Assembly (NCBI GenBank): GCA_012295275.1
Contig: CM022679.1
Coordinates: 23,126,001-23,190,000 of the forward strand
DNA: 64,000 bases
Direction: 5' to 3'
Source: Chrysomallon squamiferum
Taxonomy: Eukaryota; Animalia; Mollusca
A program made the translations under genes and the position numbers. Positions 12,007 through 26,061 of the stretch are shown in pieces. Each line of letters begins with the position of its first letter. Within the stretch, counting starts at the first letter, position 1. The notes below the pieces were generated by a model. That model was given only the letters and a program-made list of their open reading frames with translations. It was not told the DNA's origin and did not search any database.

Positions 12007-14156
12007 TTACTACTATTAGCAGTACCACTAATACAACGACAACTTCTACTACAGCTACAACCAGTTACTTGTATATGGTTTTATGGCAAATTAGTATTTC
12101 CAGGATATTAAGAAGACACGCCTATAATATATGAAAGCTTATATACAGTTTTCTCTTATCAGAGGTTGGTTTTAATAAAATAATCAGTAGTAAATTTATG
12201 ATATACATAATTGTATAGTAGGATATTTATTGGTAATCATGCAGACACAATTTGACAAAAAACAAACTATCAAAGAGTATGTAATAAAAAAATATAATTA
12301 TAGTACGTTAAGTGATGTGTATATTTTGTAACAAACGTAACAAAGAACATTTTAAAACAAATCAAATAACTTGATTACTTTGTTACACATAACCTTTGTA
12401 AACAAATTGTAGGTTTTATCATAAAAGTAACGTGATTCTTCACAAGGTTTTACCATCATACAAAAAGGCTTTCTGTATTTCTTTCCTTGTAAAATATATC
12501 AGATAATAATAATAATAATAATAATAATAATAGTAATTGCAATACCAGTAATGCGAGAGGCAACAAGAACAATGATTAAACAATCAATAATAAATACATT
12601 ATTAAGTGGAGTTAAATTAGCAAATATAGAACTAATATTAAAATAACATCTTGAAATTGTTTAATAAAATTTGGGTAGGTAAATAAATTAATAAATAAAT
12701 AAAATAATGTTTGTTGCCCAGATTAGTGTTCAGTGGATTAAGTCAGTGAGTGAGAAAATAAAAGTGCTAATCAGAGCGAGCTGTTGTGAAATAGATCTGC
12801 GACCGTCACGCTCTCTGACAAAGCCAGGGCGTGTCTGTCGTTGAAAAGAGACGAGGGAGGTAAAAGAAGGGGATCTCCAAACGATCACTCAGTCACTTTA
12901 TTTATTAATTATTAATTAATTGTTTTGTATTTAGTGTATTTGCTTCATGTTTTGTTTGTTTTTTATTTGGTTATTTTAATTTTGATTTTTTTGTTTCGTT
13001 TTTCTTTTTTTTTTACTTGTTTCAATTAAAGTTTGTATTTTGTGTTGGTGATGTCAATTGTTAGTGCAGCGAGGACTAGCTCTCTGTTTTTCGTAGCTGG
13101 TGTGAATTCGATTTTCAGCTCTTAAGATGTGTCATGTTAACCTCTATTCTTCGAATAGCAGACCTACTATGTCTGACAAGATTTAAGTTAAAAATGTAGA
13201 AAATATTAGGTCAGTTTAAATTAAGAAAATATTAAAAAAAAAAAAAATACATCTTTCATTTTCCTTTTTTTAAAATGTTATTTAATTAGTTATTTGATCT
13301 TGTTTGCTTTATTTATTTATATGTATCTTTCTGAATACACTTATTTATTCCAGGAAAAATGCTTATATTGTGTTCAAATTACAAATAAGTACGTCATTTA
13401 CGTTGCAAACGTTGTTATATGTTATTTTTCTGTATGATTGAATGAAACATACCCAGATTTGAATAAACACTTTCCAATTCTTTTATAATAATAGTTTTCA
13501 ACAGGACGATAACAAAAGCTGCTATTAGACACAATATTAAAAGTTCACAGTTTTGCAAGTGGACTTTGTTTATTCAGAATATTATACAGAAGCAGTTTTT
13601 GTTATTATGCCTCTACTTAGATCAGTTTTATTCGTGTCACTGTATCCAAAGTACACAAACAGCAATAGCTCTACTATAAATAAATATCAGTGTATTTTGG
13701 CTGTAATGAAAGTAGTATATATTAACTTTAACATAAGTAATACTTAGCAAATTAATCGATTGACTATAACATACGTGAAAATATTGTAAATTTTATATTT
13801 GTCTATCAGAAAATCTTTCTTGATTTATGAAGAGTGAGTTAAAATAAGAAAAATGTTTATTCAAATTTGTGCTGGTCTTATTGAGACACAGGACGAAGAA
13901 AGTTACTACAGAGAATTCTGCTGTACATAATCAAACGAGTAAAATATTTTACTCTGTGTTTGTAGACATAAAACAAAAGAACTATGAATACATTGCAAAG
14001 TGTTTAGCAGAAACACTGTCTTGCGAACTGTGATAATTTCATTGATAACAGCAATCATGTTGCAGCATCAGACATAGTCACGAGTTCTGATATCTAGCAC
14101 TGAGCTGCATGTGCTCTCGGTGTCTGGAAAACAGTCACAATTCTTATATAACAAAA

Positions 14157-14307
14157 TGCATGGGTTTGTGGAGTACTGAATGTGTCATCTTACTATGCAT
14201 GGGTTTGTGGAGTACTGAATGTGTCATCTTACTATGCATGGGTTTGTGGAGTACTGAATGTGTCATCTTACTATGCATGGGTTTGTGGAGTACTGAATGT
14301 GTCATCT
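14157..14307. repeat. 39-bp minisatellite (~3.9 copies)
   Basis: Unit TGCATGGGTTTGTGGAGTACTGAATGTGTCATCTTACTA, head-to-tail. Confidence 0.95.
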
Positions 14308-14334
14308 GATAGATATTTGATAGAACATGCGGCT

Positions 14335-15226
14335 CAATCACCAACATTAAGATCAAAGAACATTAACAAAAAATTCTGATAAAATGTGTTCAATCTATCT
14401 TTCATTGTCAATATATTTCTTAATTAAAATTTGTGACTTTTTTCCTGTTTATTTTTTAAAGTTTTTTTTTCTTTTTTTGTGTATGACTTTATCTTAGATT
14501 CGTGCTTTCCACGTTTCTGATTTTTTAAGTGAAACAGTAAATTTAATGTGTGAATTACAACATATACTAATAACTGTATCAAAAGTCTGAATGCGTGATA
14601 GTGCTTTTTTGTTTACTCATCACCAACTTTTTAACAGGAAGGTTTTGACTTAATTGTGTAAGTAGTAGCAATAAAAATATATCTTTTTTAAATCAATTGT
14701 GTTGTGAGTTTCACTTTTATGTACATAGCCATTTATGTATATTTTATGAACTAAGAGAATTCAAGCTGATCATGCTATAGAACTGGTTAAAAAAGAAAAA
14801 GAAAAAAGATAAGAAGAAGAGGAAGAAAAACCTAAAGAAGTTTTCTTAGAACGCTCATAAATCTCTTTACCTAAGATGAATGTTCACTCAGTGTGATGGT
14901 GGTGATGATAATAATAATGTGACTTACATAACTAATTGAAATCAGCTAATAATAATAATAGTTTTATTATTAGTACTATCACTAATTACAACGACGACTT
15001 CTACTACTACTATTACTACTAGATACTTGTATATGGTATTATGGCAAAATATAGATTTTAATAAGTAGATTAAAATGAGATAAAGCTGGACATAAATAAA
15101 AGTTAAATTCAACTGTAGTACTGATTATATGCATATACCACTACTAATAAATACTTCAACAAAATATCCAAAACAATTATTTGTATTTATTTAACACCAG
15201 CAGGTACTATATTTTTTCTATAATAA

Positions 15227-15306
<80 letters not shown>

Positions 15307-16424
15307 GCGCACACCCACACACACACACACACACACCTTATGTCATTCTTAATTACAATATATTCATACTATTGCAATAAATAAAAGTGTACGTAAGTCC
15401 TTTCTGCATTTGTTCGTCCCAGTAAAGTCTGAACACCACAACAGTTCTCAAATAACTGCACATTATTATTGACTTAATTCAGAGATCATTCTAGATCCTA
15501 TAACAATTCTTATATAACAAAATGCATGGGTTTGTGGAGTACTGAATGTGTCATCATACTATGCATGGGTTTGTGGAGTACTGAATGTGTCATCATACTA
15601 TGCATGGGTTTGTGGAGTACTGAATGTGTCATCTTACTATGCATGGGGTGATTGTTAAGCTTATTGATTAGTTCAATTAGGCAGGATTAAAAAAAGAGGC
15701 TTCATCTAGCTTAGTGATTAGGATAGACTTAAACTAAGGGCTTCCTTCTGTAAATGATTTATAAAATGTCCCAGGTTAAAATGTGTTTCACTACATATTC
15801 TCCAACTTGCTCTAGTATCAAGTAGTATGTTTAATATGGAAGTTATTCATAGCAATAAGGGTGGTAACAAAATCTGTTATGAGGGTTCATGTATACTGCG
15901 GCAGAATATTTTTCGTGATATCAGGTGAAACATCCGCCTAAACCATCAACATTAACAAAAAATTCTGACAAAAGGTGTTTAATCTATCTTTCTTAACAAT
16001 ATATTTCTTTTTTAAAAATTGTGACTTTTCCCTGTTGTTTTTTTTAGTTGTTTTTTTTTTTTTTTTTTACTGTGACTTTTTCCTAGATTCGTGCTTTTCA
16101 CGTTTCTGATTTTTAAAAGTGAAATAGTAAATTTAATGTGTTAATTACAACATGTACTAATAACTGTATCAAAAGTCTGAATGCGTGATAGTGGTTTTTT
16201 GTTTACTCATCACCAACTTTATAACAGGAAGGTTTTGACTTAATTGTGTAAGTAGTAGCAATAAGAATATATCATTTTTAAATCAATTGTGTTGAGAATT
16301 TCCTTCTATATGTACATAGAAATTTACGCATATTGTTTTTTTTTTTTTTTTTTTTTTGAGTGTAACTTTTTTCCTGTGACTTTTCTTAGATTCATGCTTT
16401 CCACGTTTCTGATTTTAATAATAA

Positions 16425-16479
<55 letters not shown>

Positions 16480-16555
16480 TGACTTACACAACTAATTCAA
16501 ATCAGCTAACAGCCACTGTAGACGTCATTACGTAGATTCAAGATAAGCTGGACAT
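14335..16555 (+). repeat. Two further copies of the segment at ~20-870 (local segmental duplication)
   Basis: 14335-15230 and 15765-16555 align to 20-870 (e.g. GTGAAACAGTAAATTTAATGTGTGAATTACAACATATACTAATAACTGTATCAAAAGTCTGAATGCGTG). Confidence 0.85.
15523..15647. repeat. 39-bp minisatellite, second cluster (~3.2 copies)
   Basis: Same unit, preceded by the same ACAATTCTTATATAACAAAA flank. Confidence 0.95.
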
Positions 16556-17854
16556 AAAAAAGAACAGGAGAAAAACACGTGCAGCCATCTTTAAAGATGA
16601 TCGTCTAAAGAGGACAATTTAACCATCTTGAAATGTCTATCAACTGATGCCGGACATTTCTGTGAACTAAAAAAAAAACTGGATATTTTCATTAAATTGT
16701 TACACAAACTCAAAAGCTTACAGATCTTGCTCATGGACTATATACTGATTTTAATAAATGAAGTTATGAAATATCCAAGTGAAAACAAAATGTTTCATAA
16801 ATTCTCTGAAAATGATAGGGATTTCTGAAAACTCCTTGTGTCAGAATTTTTCAGTACAATATACATGATAAATCAGTTAAGCTTAAGAATAAAATGTAAA
16901 ACAAACCAATAAACAAACAATAACAAAACAAAGTAAAAATATACCTAGAATATGTCAGTTATTTTTTATTCTGTGTAATTTTTTGAGAATACTCATATAT
17001 ATATATATATTTTTTTTTTTCGTCATGGTTTTAAGAAAAGTAAGAAAAAAAGTCGAATTCTAAAACTTCTGTTTTTTTTTTCAAGATATATCTCAAGATG
17101 TTTTCTACTCAGTTTAAAAACATACGCAGACCAGTTTTTATTTCTGAAACATTTTAGAATGATTTTCTATTTTAATCTGAGAAAAATCGTCAGATGCAAT
17201 ATTTCTGGTATTTTATAATTCTAGATTTATATTTTTTATTTAGAGCCTATTTATTTATGAGAAGGAATCAGTGAAAACTTTACACCACTTTTCACAGGGC
17301 GGTAAATAAAAAAAGGCTAAGTTAGACTCAATATGAAAGTTCACAGCCTTGGTAAGTGGACCTGTGTATTCAGAATATTATACGGAAGCAGTTTTATTAT
17401 TGTCCCAATATTTAGACTGGTTTTATTCGTGTCAGAGTTGGTTTTATGGACAATATACAGGGAAAAATCCAAAGATTCCACTTTTAATGCTGTTTTAATA
17501 CCAGAATATTCCAATGAAAATACAACAAGAAGAAATAAAGTTCAATGTCATTTTACTGTAATGAAAGTAATATATTTTAACATTATTATATTTTATGCGT
17601 CAAAGTTAATCGACTGAGTATAAGTTATATGAAAATATTACAAATATTTATATTTGTATCAGAAAATATTTCTAGATTTATGGAGAATGAGTTCAAGTAA
17701 TAAAAATGGAACTAATATTAAATTGACACCATTTAGAAAATGCTTATCAAATCTGAGCTGATTTTATTAAGACATAAGAAGTTACCAGATGGGAAAGTTT
17801 GCCGTAAACAATATATTACTTGTTATATGTACAATATTTAGTCAATTTAACAAA

Positions 17855-18054
17855 NNNNNNNNNNNNNNNNNNNNNNNNNNNNNNNNNNNNNNNNNNNNNN
17901 NNNNNNNNNNNNNNNNNNNNNNNNNNNNNNNNNNNNNNNNNNNNNNNNNNNNNNNNNNNNNNNNNNNNNNNNNNNNNNNNNNNNNNNNNNNNNNNNNNNN
18001 NNNNNNNNNNNNNNNNNNNNNNNNNNNNNNNNNNNNNNNNNNNNNNNNNNNNNN
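17855..18054. other. Assembly gap (200 N)
   Basis: Run of N. Confidence 1.
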
Positions 18055-19166
18055 CTTTATTTATTCATTATTTTATTTTATATTTTTAAATATTTCATTT
18101 GGTGAAAAGTTCATTGGTTCATTGTTCTTGTGTGTACTCTTTTTAACTTTGTTGTGGAGAACAATGGCTAATGAACCTGAAATCTGCAGTAAGTATATCT
18201 GTCTGTCTTTCTGTAGAGAACAAGTCATTATGACAAATGATATAAATATGTTGGTTGATAAGTGTTTGTTGTCATAACAAGTACAAAACATTATTTTGTC
18301 CAATAATCTTGACCTGTGTGTTTCTAAACTGGCTTGCTCTTAAATTTTCTGACATAACTACGGTAAGTTCAGGGCATGAAATTACAGGCAAAAAGTAGCT
18401 ATAGAATATTTCTGTTTATGCTGGAAATGCACGTATATTGATTACTATATTTGTGGTCATAAACTGTTCTTTTATATTTACCCCAAATATTTAGTAAGAA
18501 GCATTTCAGGTTTAAATGCTAAACCATAACAAATTATATAAAAACTAGATGATTCATTTATCTGTTCAGTTTTATTTAAATATGATGCAGTATTAAAACT
18601 ACATGAAATATAATGTCACAATATATTATTGTCTCCATGCATGAATTGAAGTAACTTAGCTACTTGTGTTATGTTTATAGACAAAGCCATCACCAGCAGT
18701 AATCATTTGGGTTTTATCAGAACAATTTTTTTAGGTTGGGCTGTTGCCCATGAATATCATAAAATGCATCAAACATAATCATAAATGCTTCTATGCTACA
18801 AACAAACTCAAAGCAAATACTAAGCTAAGAAAACTTGTACATTTCTGCTTAAAATATGACCCTAACACACCTGCACCTTTAATTGCTCATAGATATATGA
18901 TTATAGAGATATTATTCCCCCTAATATCTTTCTGGAATCGGCTCTGAGGATTAGCCAAGTTTCTGTATTGCAGATGATTATGATTAAACATGAAATGCCT
19001 TTTGTCCTAGGTAACATGTATATTTGACATGAGTCTAGATCAGGGTTAAGCCTCCTTTTTTGAGAGCTAGATAGCTATGCAGTGTTTTGGAGGAGGGCCA
19101 AGACACACACAAGTACGCCCAAGACACACACAAGTACGCCGATCTCTCTCTCTCTCTCTCTCTCTG

Positions 19167-19244
<78 letters not shown>

Positions 19245-20205
19245 TATTCTCTCTTGGATATTGAGCACCAAAAAGGGATTTTAGGAAAGGAAGGCTCCTT
19301 TGGTCTGGAGGTTTAAAGAAAAACAACAAAGTTAATGTAATAATTGGTGTCCATGTGTTCAATTGGCGGGCTGACTAAAATCCCTAGGGTTGCCATCACC
19401 TGGTCTAGATGTTATCAACTACAGTTAGAAAATATTAAGAAAATTTAATGTCTCTGTATTAGTGGTAACAGAGAGGTTTTTAATTTGTTATTCTGATGAA
19501 ATTAATACAAAATTGAAATTGTCACTGTGTAGTAATACCAGGTCACTAATTTATAATACATAAGTGTAAAAAATCAAGTTACTTCTGTAAAGAAAGGTAT
19601 GCTGTGCTATTTAATGTTGTTATATTTATAAAGTACACATTAGTTGACTCTATACTGTTTATAAAAAAAAAAAAAAAAAACATTGCTGTAATTTTCAGAA
19701 AAAAGTTACTCCAGTTATGGCATTTTACTTGACCTTGCCCATATAAGTATATACAAGTACAAATTTGAAAACATATGCATGTACATGCACAAGTACACAC
19801 TCATGCATATTCACACACACACACATAACAATTTCTCACATATCTTTTGATGTGGCACAAATAACCAGTTACTGTTAAATCTGAACAGTTATTAATGTAT
19901 ATTCTCTGTATCTGTATTTGTTGGAACAATTGAAAATGTCTTAAACTTTATTTATTCATTATTTTATTTTATATTTTTAACTATTTCATTTAGGTGAAAA
20001 GTGCATTGGTTCATTGTTGCAGTGTGTACTCTTTTAACTGTTATTGGGAGAACAATGGCTAATGAACCCGATATCTGCAGTAAGTATGTCTGTCTGTCTT
20101 TCTGTAGTGAACAAGTCATTATGACAAATGAAATAAATATGTTGGTTGATAAGTGTTTATTGTCATTAGAAGTACAAAACCTTATTTTGTCTGATAACCT
20201 TGACC
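18055..20205 (+). repeat. Tail of the ~1.8-kb tandem repeat family (partial unit plus one diverged unit)
   Basis: Nearly identical to units at 52378-64000. Micro-exons MANEPEIC (18164-18188) and MANEPDIC (20055-20079). Confidence 0.9.
19041..19402. mobile_element. hAT (Charlie-like) MITE
   Basis: CAGGG...CACCTG termini with perfect 8-bp TSD GTCTAGAT (19033-19040, 19403-19410), matching the NTCTAGAN target preference. Absent from the homologous site near 30205. Confidence 0.75.
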
Positions 20206-21754
20206 TATTGCAGAAACCAGTAATCATTGCATGATATAAGAAAAATTATTGAAAAAAAAAAAGCAGTTAGTGTGTGTGTGTATGAATTAGATATTACAAA
20301 TCTTATTGTCGATTATAAATAAGATTATCAAATGTTAAAGTGAATTTAACTTGACTTACATATCAATTATATAATTGTCATACAGTGTTCACCGTTAAAT
20401 ATTTCCAGTCAAAATAGTATCTAGCTAAATGGCAGTGGCAGTTTTACATTCATTTTTCAGTTGTGAAAAATGACTGGGAAATTATATTTTAAAAGCAGAT
20501 TTTCTTTGTTGAGTGTTACAATAATTTTAGATTCTGTGAGTTATTTTGAGGATTAAAAAAAAACACCAAAAAAACCCACCAACATTATGATGAAAAAAAA
20601 TATGTTTAATAATTGTGGATAAAAACAGTGTTTAGTGATGTAAATATGAAAACAAAAAATATATATATATATATATATTGATTTCTGGTACATAGTTATT
20701 AATTATATCAACAGTATTTGATATAAAAAAATACTTAAAATTGTACAGTATATTAATGTATAATCATTTTCACTTAAGATAAACGTTGATGTGGTGAAGA
20801 TGTGATCCAAATAAACTAGAATAGCATTGCCATGTCGGTGGCAGTCATCACTGGTTCCTGGTAAGCCACTGTCGCACAAGGCACCAAGTTCTAAGGATAA
20901 CTTGAAAGAGTCCATAGCTGGAGATAAAGATGGCCAACTTGACAACAACATAGCCAAGAAGATGAGCATAACAGAAACTAATGAATATTTTAAGGAGGAT
21001 AATAAATTGTGTTCTGCTGGAGGAGGAACAGTTTATAGAGGTTCAGATTTTGATTGCATGTTTAAATTTCATACACATGTAGAAAATCTAGCCACTTGTT
21101 TAAGACATTGCAAAACATGTTTCATGAAGTCTGCCACTTTCATTAATTTTTTCAGTTTTCTCAACCATCAGTAAAATTAAAATGTTGCCTATCTGTTTAA
21201 TTTTCTTTTCTTTTCTTATGCTTTGTTATTCATCAAAAATTATTCCAAAAAATATATATCACAATAACTTTTGCAATGGTAAAGCTTACCACATATTTTA
21301 TTTTTTATTATTATTAATTATTATTTTATTTTATTTTTTTGGATTATTATTATTATTATTTTTTTTTTTTTGGCATACACACATACAAAGCACAGAGCAA
21401 ACACTTTGATGCTGCTGTTGTGAGGCTAGAATGCACATAGTTCATTATCCCATCAAATTTGATAACTAATGTTTTAGACAAGCATGACTAAAATTCTTTT
21501 GAAAAAATAAAATGATTTAGACTGAAAAATCAAAAGCAAAAAAAAAAAAAAAAAAAAAATCTACAAATTAACACATTCTGACATTCTGAGGCCTGTTATT
21601 TTTATTCTATGGTTTTCTTAGGAAAAACTTCGGGATCTGAGGAAGAACAAGTGACAAGCAGGTGCTTTGCACTACTCGGTGGTTCCTTTTGATGAACAGG
21701 GTGTTCACTGGAGACGATCTTTAAACTTTGATGAGCATTTGGTAGCAGAACATG
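20055..21754 (+). pseudogene. Internally deleted paralog of the DED-kinase gene
   Basis: Start exon 20055-20079. Exon 20825-21040 (...KKMSITETNEYFKEDNKLCSAGGGTVYRG) is homologous to 33288-33521. The DED exon and the VxVK exon are deleted with flanking introns retained. Frameshifted exon-like block at 21622-21754. Confidence 0.75.
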
Positions 21755-24700
21755 GTGAGATACAATGGTACCTTGACTTAAGAGTTTAATTTGTTCATTG
21801 ATGAGCTTGTAACTCGAATTTGCTCATATATCAAATCAATTTTCCAAAATGACATTAATTGAAATACCATTAATCTGTTTTATCCTCCAAAACCATCCTT
21901 GTTACGTGCTTTTAAATGAGAAAAATGTATGTCTAGATGATAAATATTGTATAAAAACAAAATAAAAGAGAACGTAAAGAAATAAATTAGTTTTGTAAAG
22001 TCTACAGGGTTAGGACCTCTCCATCTTTTCATGGACAGGGGTCTGCAGCTTAGAAATCTTTTAACTCCTTAAACAAAAACTTATATAAATATAATGATTC
22101 CATCTCTAATTAGGATTCAGTTGACTGATTCTGTATTTTAAATTAGCTTTCATAAAACATTTAAATAATTTTGGTTTTATTTTCTTTTGTATATTTCCAG
22201 ATTAATATACTTAAGCTAATGGAAGATGGTAGTATTATACCATCCCGATAATTGGTTTGAATTTACTAATCCCTGTCATAGTGTTTTAAACAGGTCCTAG
22301 ACGGTGATAACAAAAACAACAACAATAATAGTAATCACAATGAAAACAAAAACTATTATTATCATAAAGTTTACAAATCTTACGGTTTTTTGTTTCGATT
22401 GTGTTGTTTGTGCAACTGACATTTTGTCAGCAGCTGAATTAAAATACAGTAAAACATGTGATTTCACAGGACAACTAAATACTGAGGTACATTTTAATTA
22501 TTTTTTCTTTTATTACCATTTTTTAAATTATGCTAAATTAGGCAATTAAATCAAGTCCTTCCTCTGTACCAAGTATAACATTTGACACACAGCATTTCAA
22601 TATTAATTTAAACAAGATTTATTTATTATGACGAAGTACTTTGTCTCTGTTGGTCACATGTCCTTCTGAGTCATGTGATCAGCTGATTGTTGTCGTTCTG
22701 CTAGGAGAAATAATGTTTTCTGATCAGTATCGGGTACGAACCTGAATTAAATCTATGCGGTGCTTTGCTGTTGTGTAAATATATATATACACACACCTGC
22801 AGTTATTAATTTTTCAAAAGTAATGACTATCAGTATATACCTTTGATAATAATGGCTTGGCCCGATCTGAATAAACATAATTTGTTAACATGTTTCTATT
22901 TTATCTTGTGGAATGTAACATTTTTAAGAAAAGATAAAAATATTGTACATCAACAACATCTGCTAGTAGTACTATTACTACTATTAATACTAAATAAATG
23001 CTACCATCACATCATACTACTACTAATAATAATTGATCTGTTGATTACTTTTGTTATTTTATTTTAAAGTAATTACACATTTCTTTCTTCACTTCACTAA
23101 GCCCACTAAGGGGATTCAAAACGTGACTAAACAGAATAAAGTGTTTCGCCTCGGTAACAAATAGAATGTTAGCTTCTGTTAACTGTATATACCTGACTAA
23201 ATGCCAACCTCATTTTATGTCTAATAGTTATTGTTGTTTTATAGTAAGCCTTTTATCTGAACCAGATCTAGTATCAAGTTTTTTATTCAAATTTTTAAAT
23301 AAATAAATAAATAATCATCATGGAAAACTAATAATAATGCTGATGATAAAAATAAAATGGCAATAATAATAATAATCATGATAAACTAATAAAATTATGA
23401 TGTTATTTATTATTAATGTTATTAGTTGTATTATTATTCCCAAAGCACAGAATATGGACTGTTTAATTAATTAATTTATTTATTTATTTTGTATTGGTTT
23501 TTCAGTGTTTATGGATACAGGTTCTTTTAATGTATGTGTGTGTATGTGTGTGCTTTTTTTTTTGTATAAGTATCTTTATTTTCATAGATCAATACATTTT
23601 CATCCTACTTGTCTTCTTCCTTTTATTGTTATTGTTTTAATATTACACATATGGTTATTTTATGAAGAATATAATAGATATATTGTTTGTTTTTTTATCT
23701 CTGTGTATTTTTTTTTGGGGGGTGAGGATTTCTGTAATGTATCTTTTATAAACACACAAACACACATTAAAAGACATTTGTCTATCTTTCTCTCTTTCTA
23801 TCTGTCTGTGGACTTATGGATAGATACATACATACACAAACATATAGGTAAGTGTATAGATGTATTTGTGATTAAGTATTTTCCCTAAAACCAATCAACA
23901 AATAAATAAGGAAATAAATAAATAAATACACAATATTAATGCTCTCTCTGGCAGAAAATAATAGCTTTTACTTATTGAGATTTGTCTCCCATACTCACAC
24001 AAGAGAGTGAAAGAGAGAGAGAGCTGATTTTGTCTGTACTGTTTATCATATTCTGCCACAGAAACATATATAAATATACTCTAACATTATAAATGATGCT
24101 ACAAAAGTGTCATTAAAACACCGTCCAGAAATGGCTATCGGTGCATTTGCATTCTTCTTTCTTATGAATTTCTGCATTATATTCCCTCCTGTGTGCACTG
24201 AATTAAGTTCATATTACCAAACATTTGAGAATTGCTCACATTTAAACAAATAGAAATATGCATGCTTGGTTTAGTCAAATAATAAAATAGATAATATTAT
24301 AATAACTTGAATTTGGTTGATAATATGATTTATTTATTTATTTATTTATTTACTTATTTTAAATTTAACGAAATAAGCTATATAATACAGAGAATGAATA
24401 TATATTATTATTACATTATTATTATGTATACATGACTAAAATTATATGTGTCCTGTTTTTCATTCGTACAGTTTATTTATATATCTTACGAAAAGACCTG
24501 ATACCACCAGCTCAGTATTCAAGTCTAAACAAGATTTATTTGGCAGCTAAATGTGTTGTCTTTCTAGGACCTAGACATTCTTTATTTGAACTGGTGTCGT
24601 CTGTCAAACTGACTTCTCTGAATTCATAACTGGAACAGAAAACTGAAAATATCACTCAAAACAAAGGTAAGATAATTAATTAATTAATTAATTAATTATT

Positions 24701-25370
24701 ATTATTATATTATTTGTGGTTGCCACTGTGCTAAGATATGTTAAAATAAACGTGAGTAATCAAGGCTTTGTTCTTTATAAAATTTGTGTATGTAATTTAT
24801 TGCTGCAGTTCTCATTGGTTAGAGTGGAGAGCAGAGAAAAGTAGCATCAGTTGTTGGTTTGTCTCATTCATCTTTCTTAAAGTCTGTTCGACAATTCCTT
24901 TATCAAAGGATGTGTTTTGTGATTATCAAGGAAAGGTAGCAGGTGGCATTATGAGAAATGATTTATTTTCTTCCATCGTCTGTAAGTCCTTAAATATTAC
25001 ATATAAAGCTGTGTAACTGCAGATTAAAAATGTGCCAAATTCTCATTCAGTAGCAGAGCCATTCATTTATTATGAGATTTTTGAAACGTGACTTCATAAT
25101 CATTACTTCTCTGAATGTCACTTTTACTGTACACATTTCAGTTAGACTGTCGTGAAAATGTGGGCTGGGTTATGTAGCATGATATGTCTATTACTGAGTA
25201 GAAATTGTTGCAAAGGTAACATTTTTTATTATTATTTTTTCTTTCTTTTCCTTTATTTCTTTTTATTTATTTATTTATTTTTTTGTAACTGACCTTATCT
25301 CACCTCCTATGTGTTTCATACTATATTTTTTCAAACATTATTACAACATCACTAGCAAAAAATTAAAATA

Positions 25371-26061
25371 CAGTATTCCCTCGCTATTCGCGGGGGTTAC
25401 GTTCTTTACCCCCCCGCGAATAGCGAAAAACCGCGAATATTGGATGCAGTTTTAAAACGTCTATTATGAGATTATATACGGTACTAAATGCTTCCCAAAC
25501 ACTTTCTAAAGACACTCTTACTCATTAATACAGTAATAATGCAGTTATGTATTTCACTAATGTAGTAATGATAATGTAAACACATTTTAATTTTGTACTG
25601 AAACAATATTTTAATCAGAAAGAAACGTAAGTACATGAGGACAGTAACACCGCATAGCATAGTTACCCATACAGTATTACTGCACCGTAAAATCATTTTC
25701 TATGCGTACAACATATGTATTAGAATTGACAGAAAGTGGAACAAATTTAAAGGCAAAACAGACAGATAAATACAGTACGCACAGTTCAGGTAATAATATG
25801 CAATTAAAAACATTATTAATACACGGTCACAAAAAATATGCACTGTATATACAGTGTATGCATTTATAAAAAAAATACGTACTGTATTGCAATAATAATT
25901 GAAAAAATTTGATATTGTTTGTGCGGTTTACCGAGCATTTGTTTTTATGACATTATGACGCTAGCCTGGTATACCAGCATACGATGCGATATGGTTAAGA
26001 GCCTAACCCGCGAATATGAGGGGCCGCGAATGGGGAACCGCGAATAGGTGAGGGTATACTG
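25371..26061. mobile_element. Tc1/mariner (Tigger/pogo-like) MITE
   Basis: TA|CAGTATTCCCTCGCTATTCGCGG ... CCGCGAATAGGTGAGGGTATACTG|TA, with subterminal CCGCGAAT repeats. Confidence 0.85.

Noticed and set aside
14157-15647. 39-bp repeats as a CRISPR-like array
   Set aside because: Units are head-to-tail with no unique spacers, in eukaryotic DNA; an ordinary minisatellite.
17789-18277. ORFs spanning the N run
   Set aside because: Artefacts of the assembly gap.
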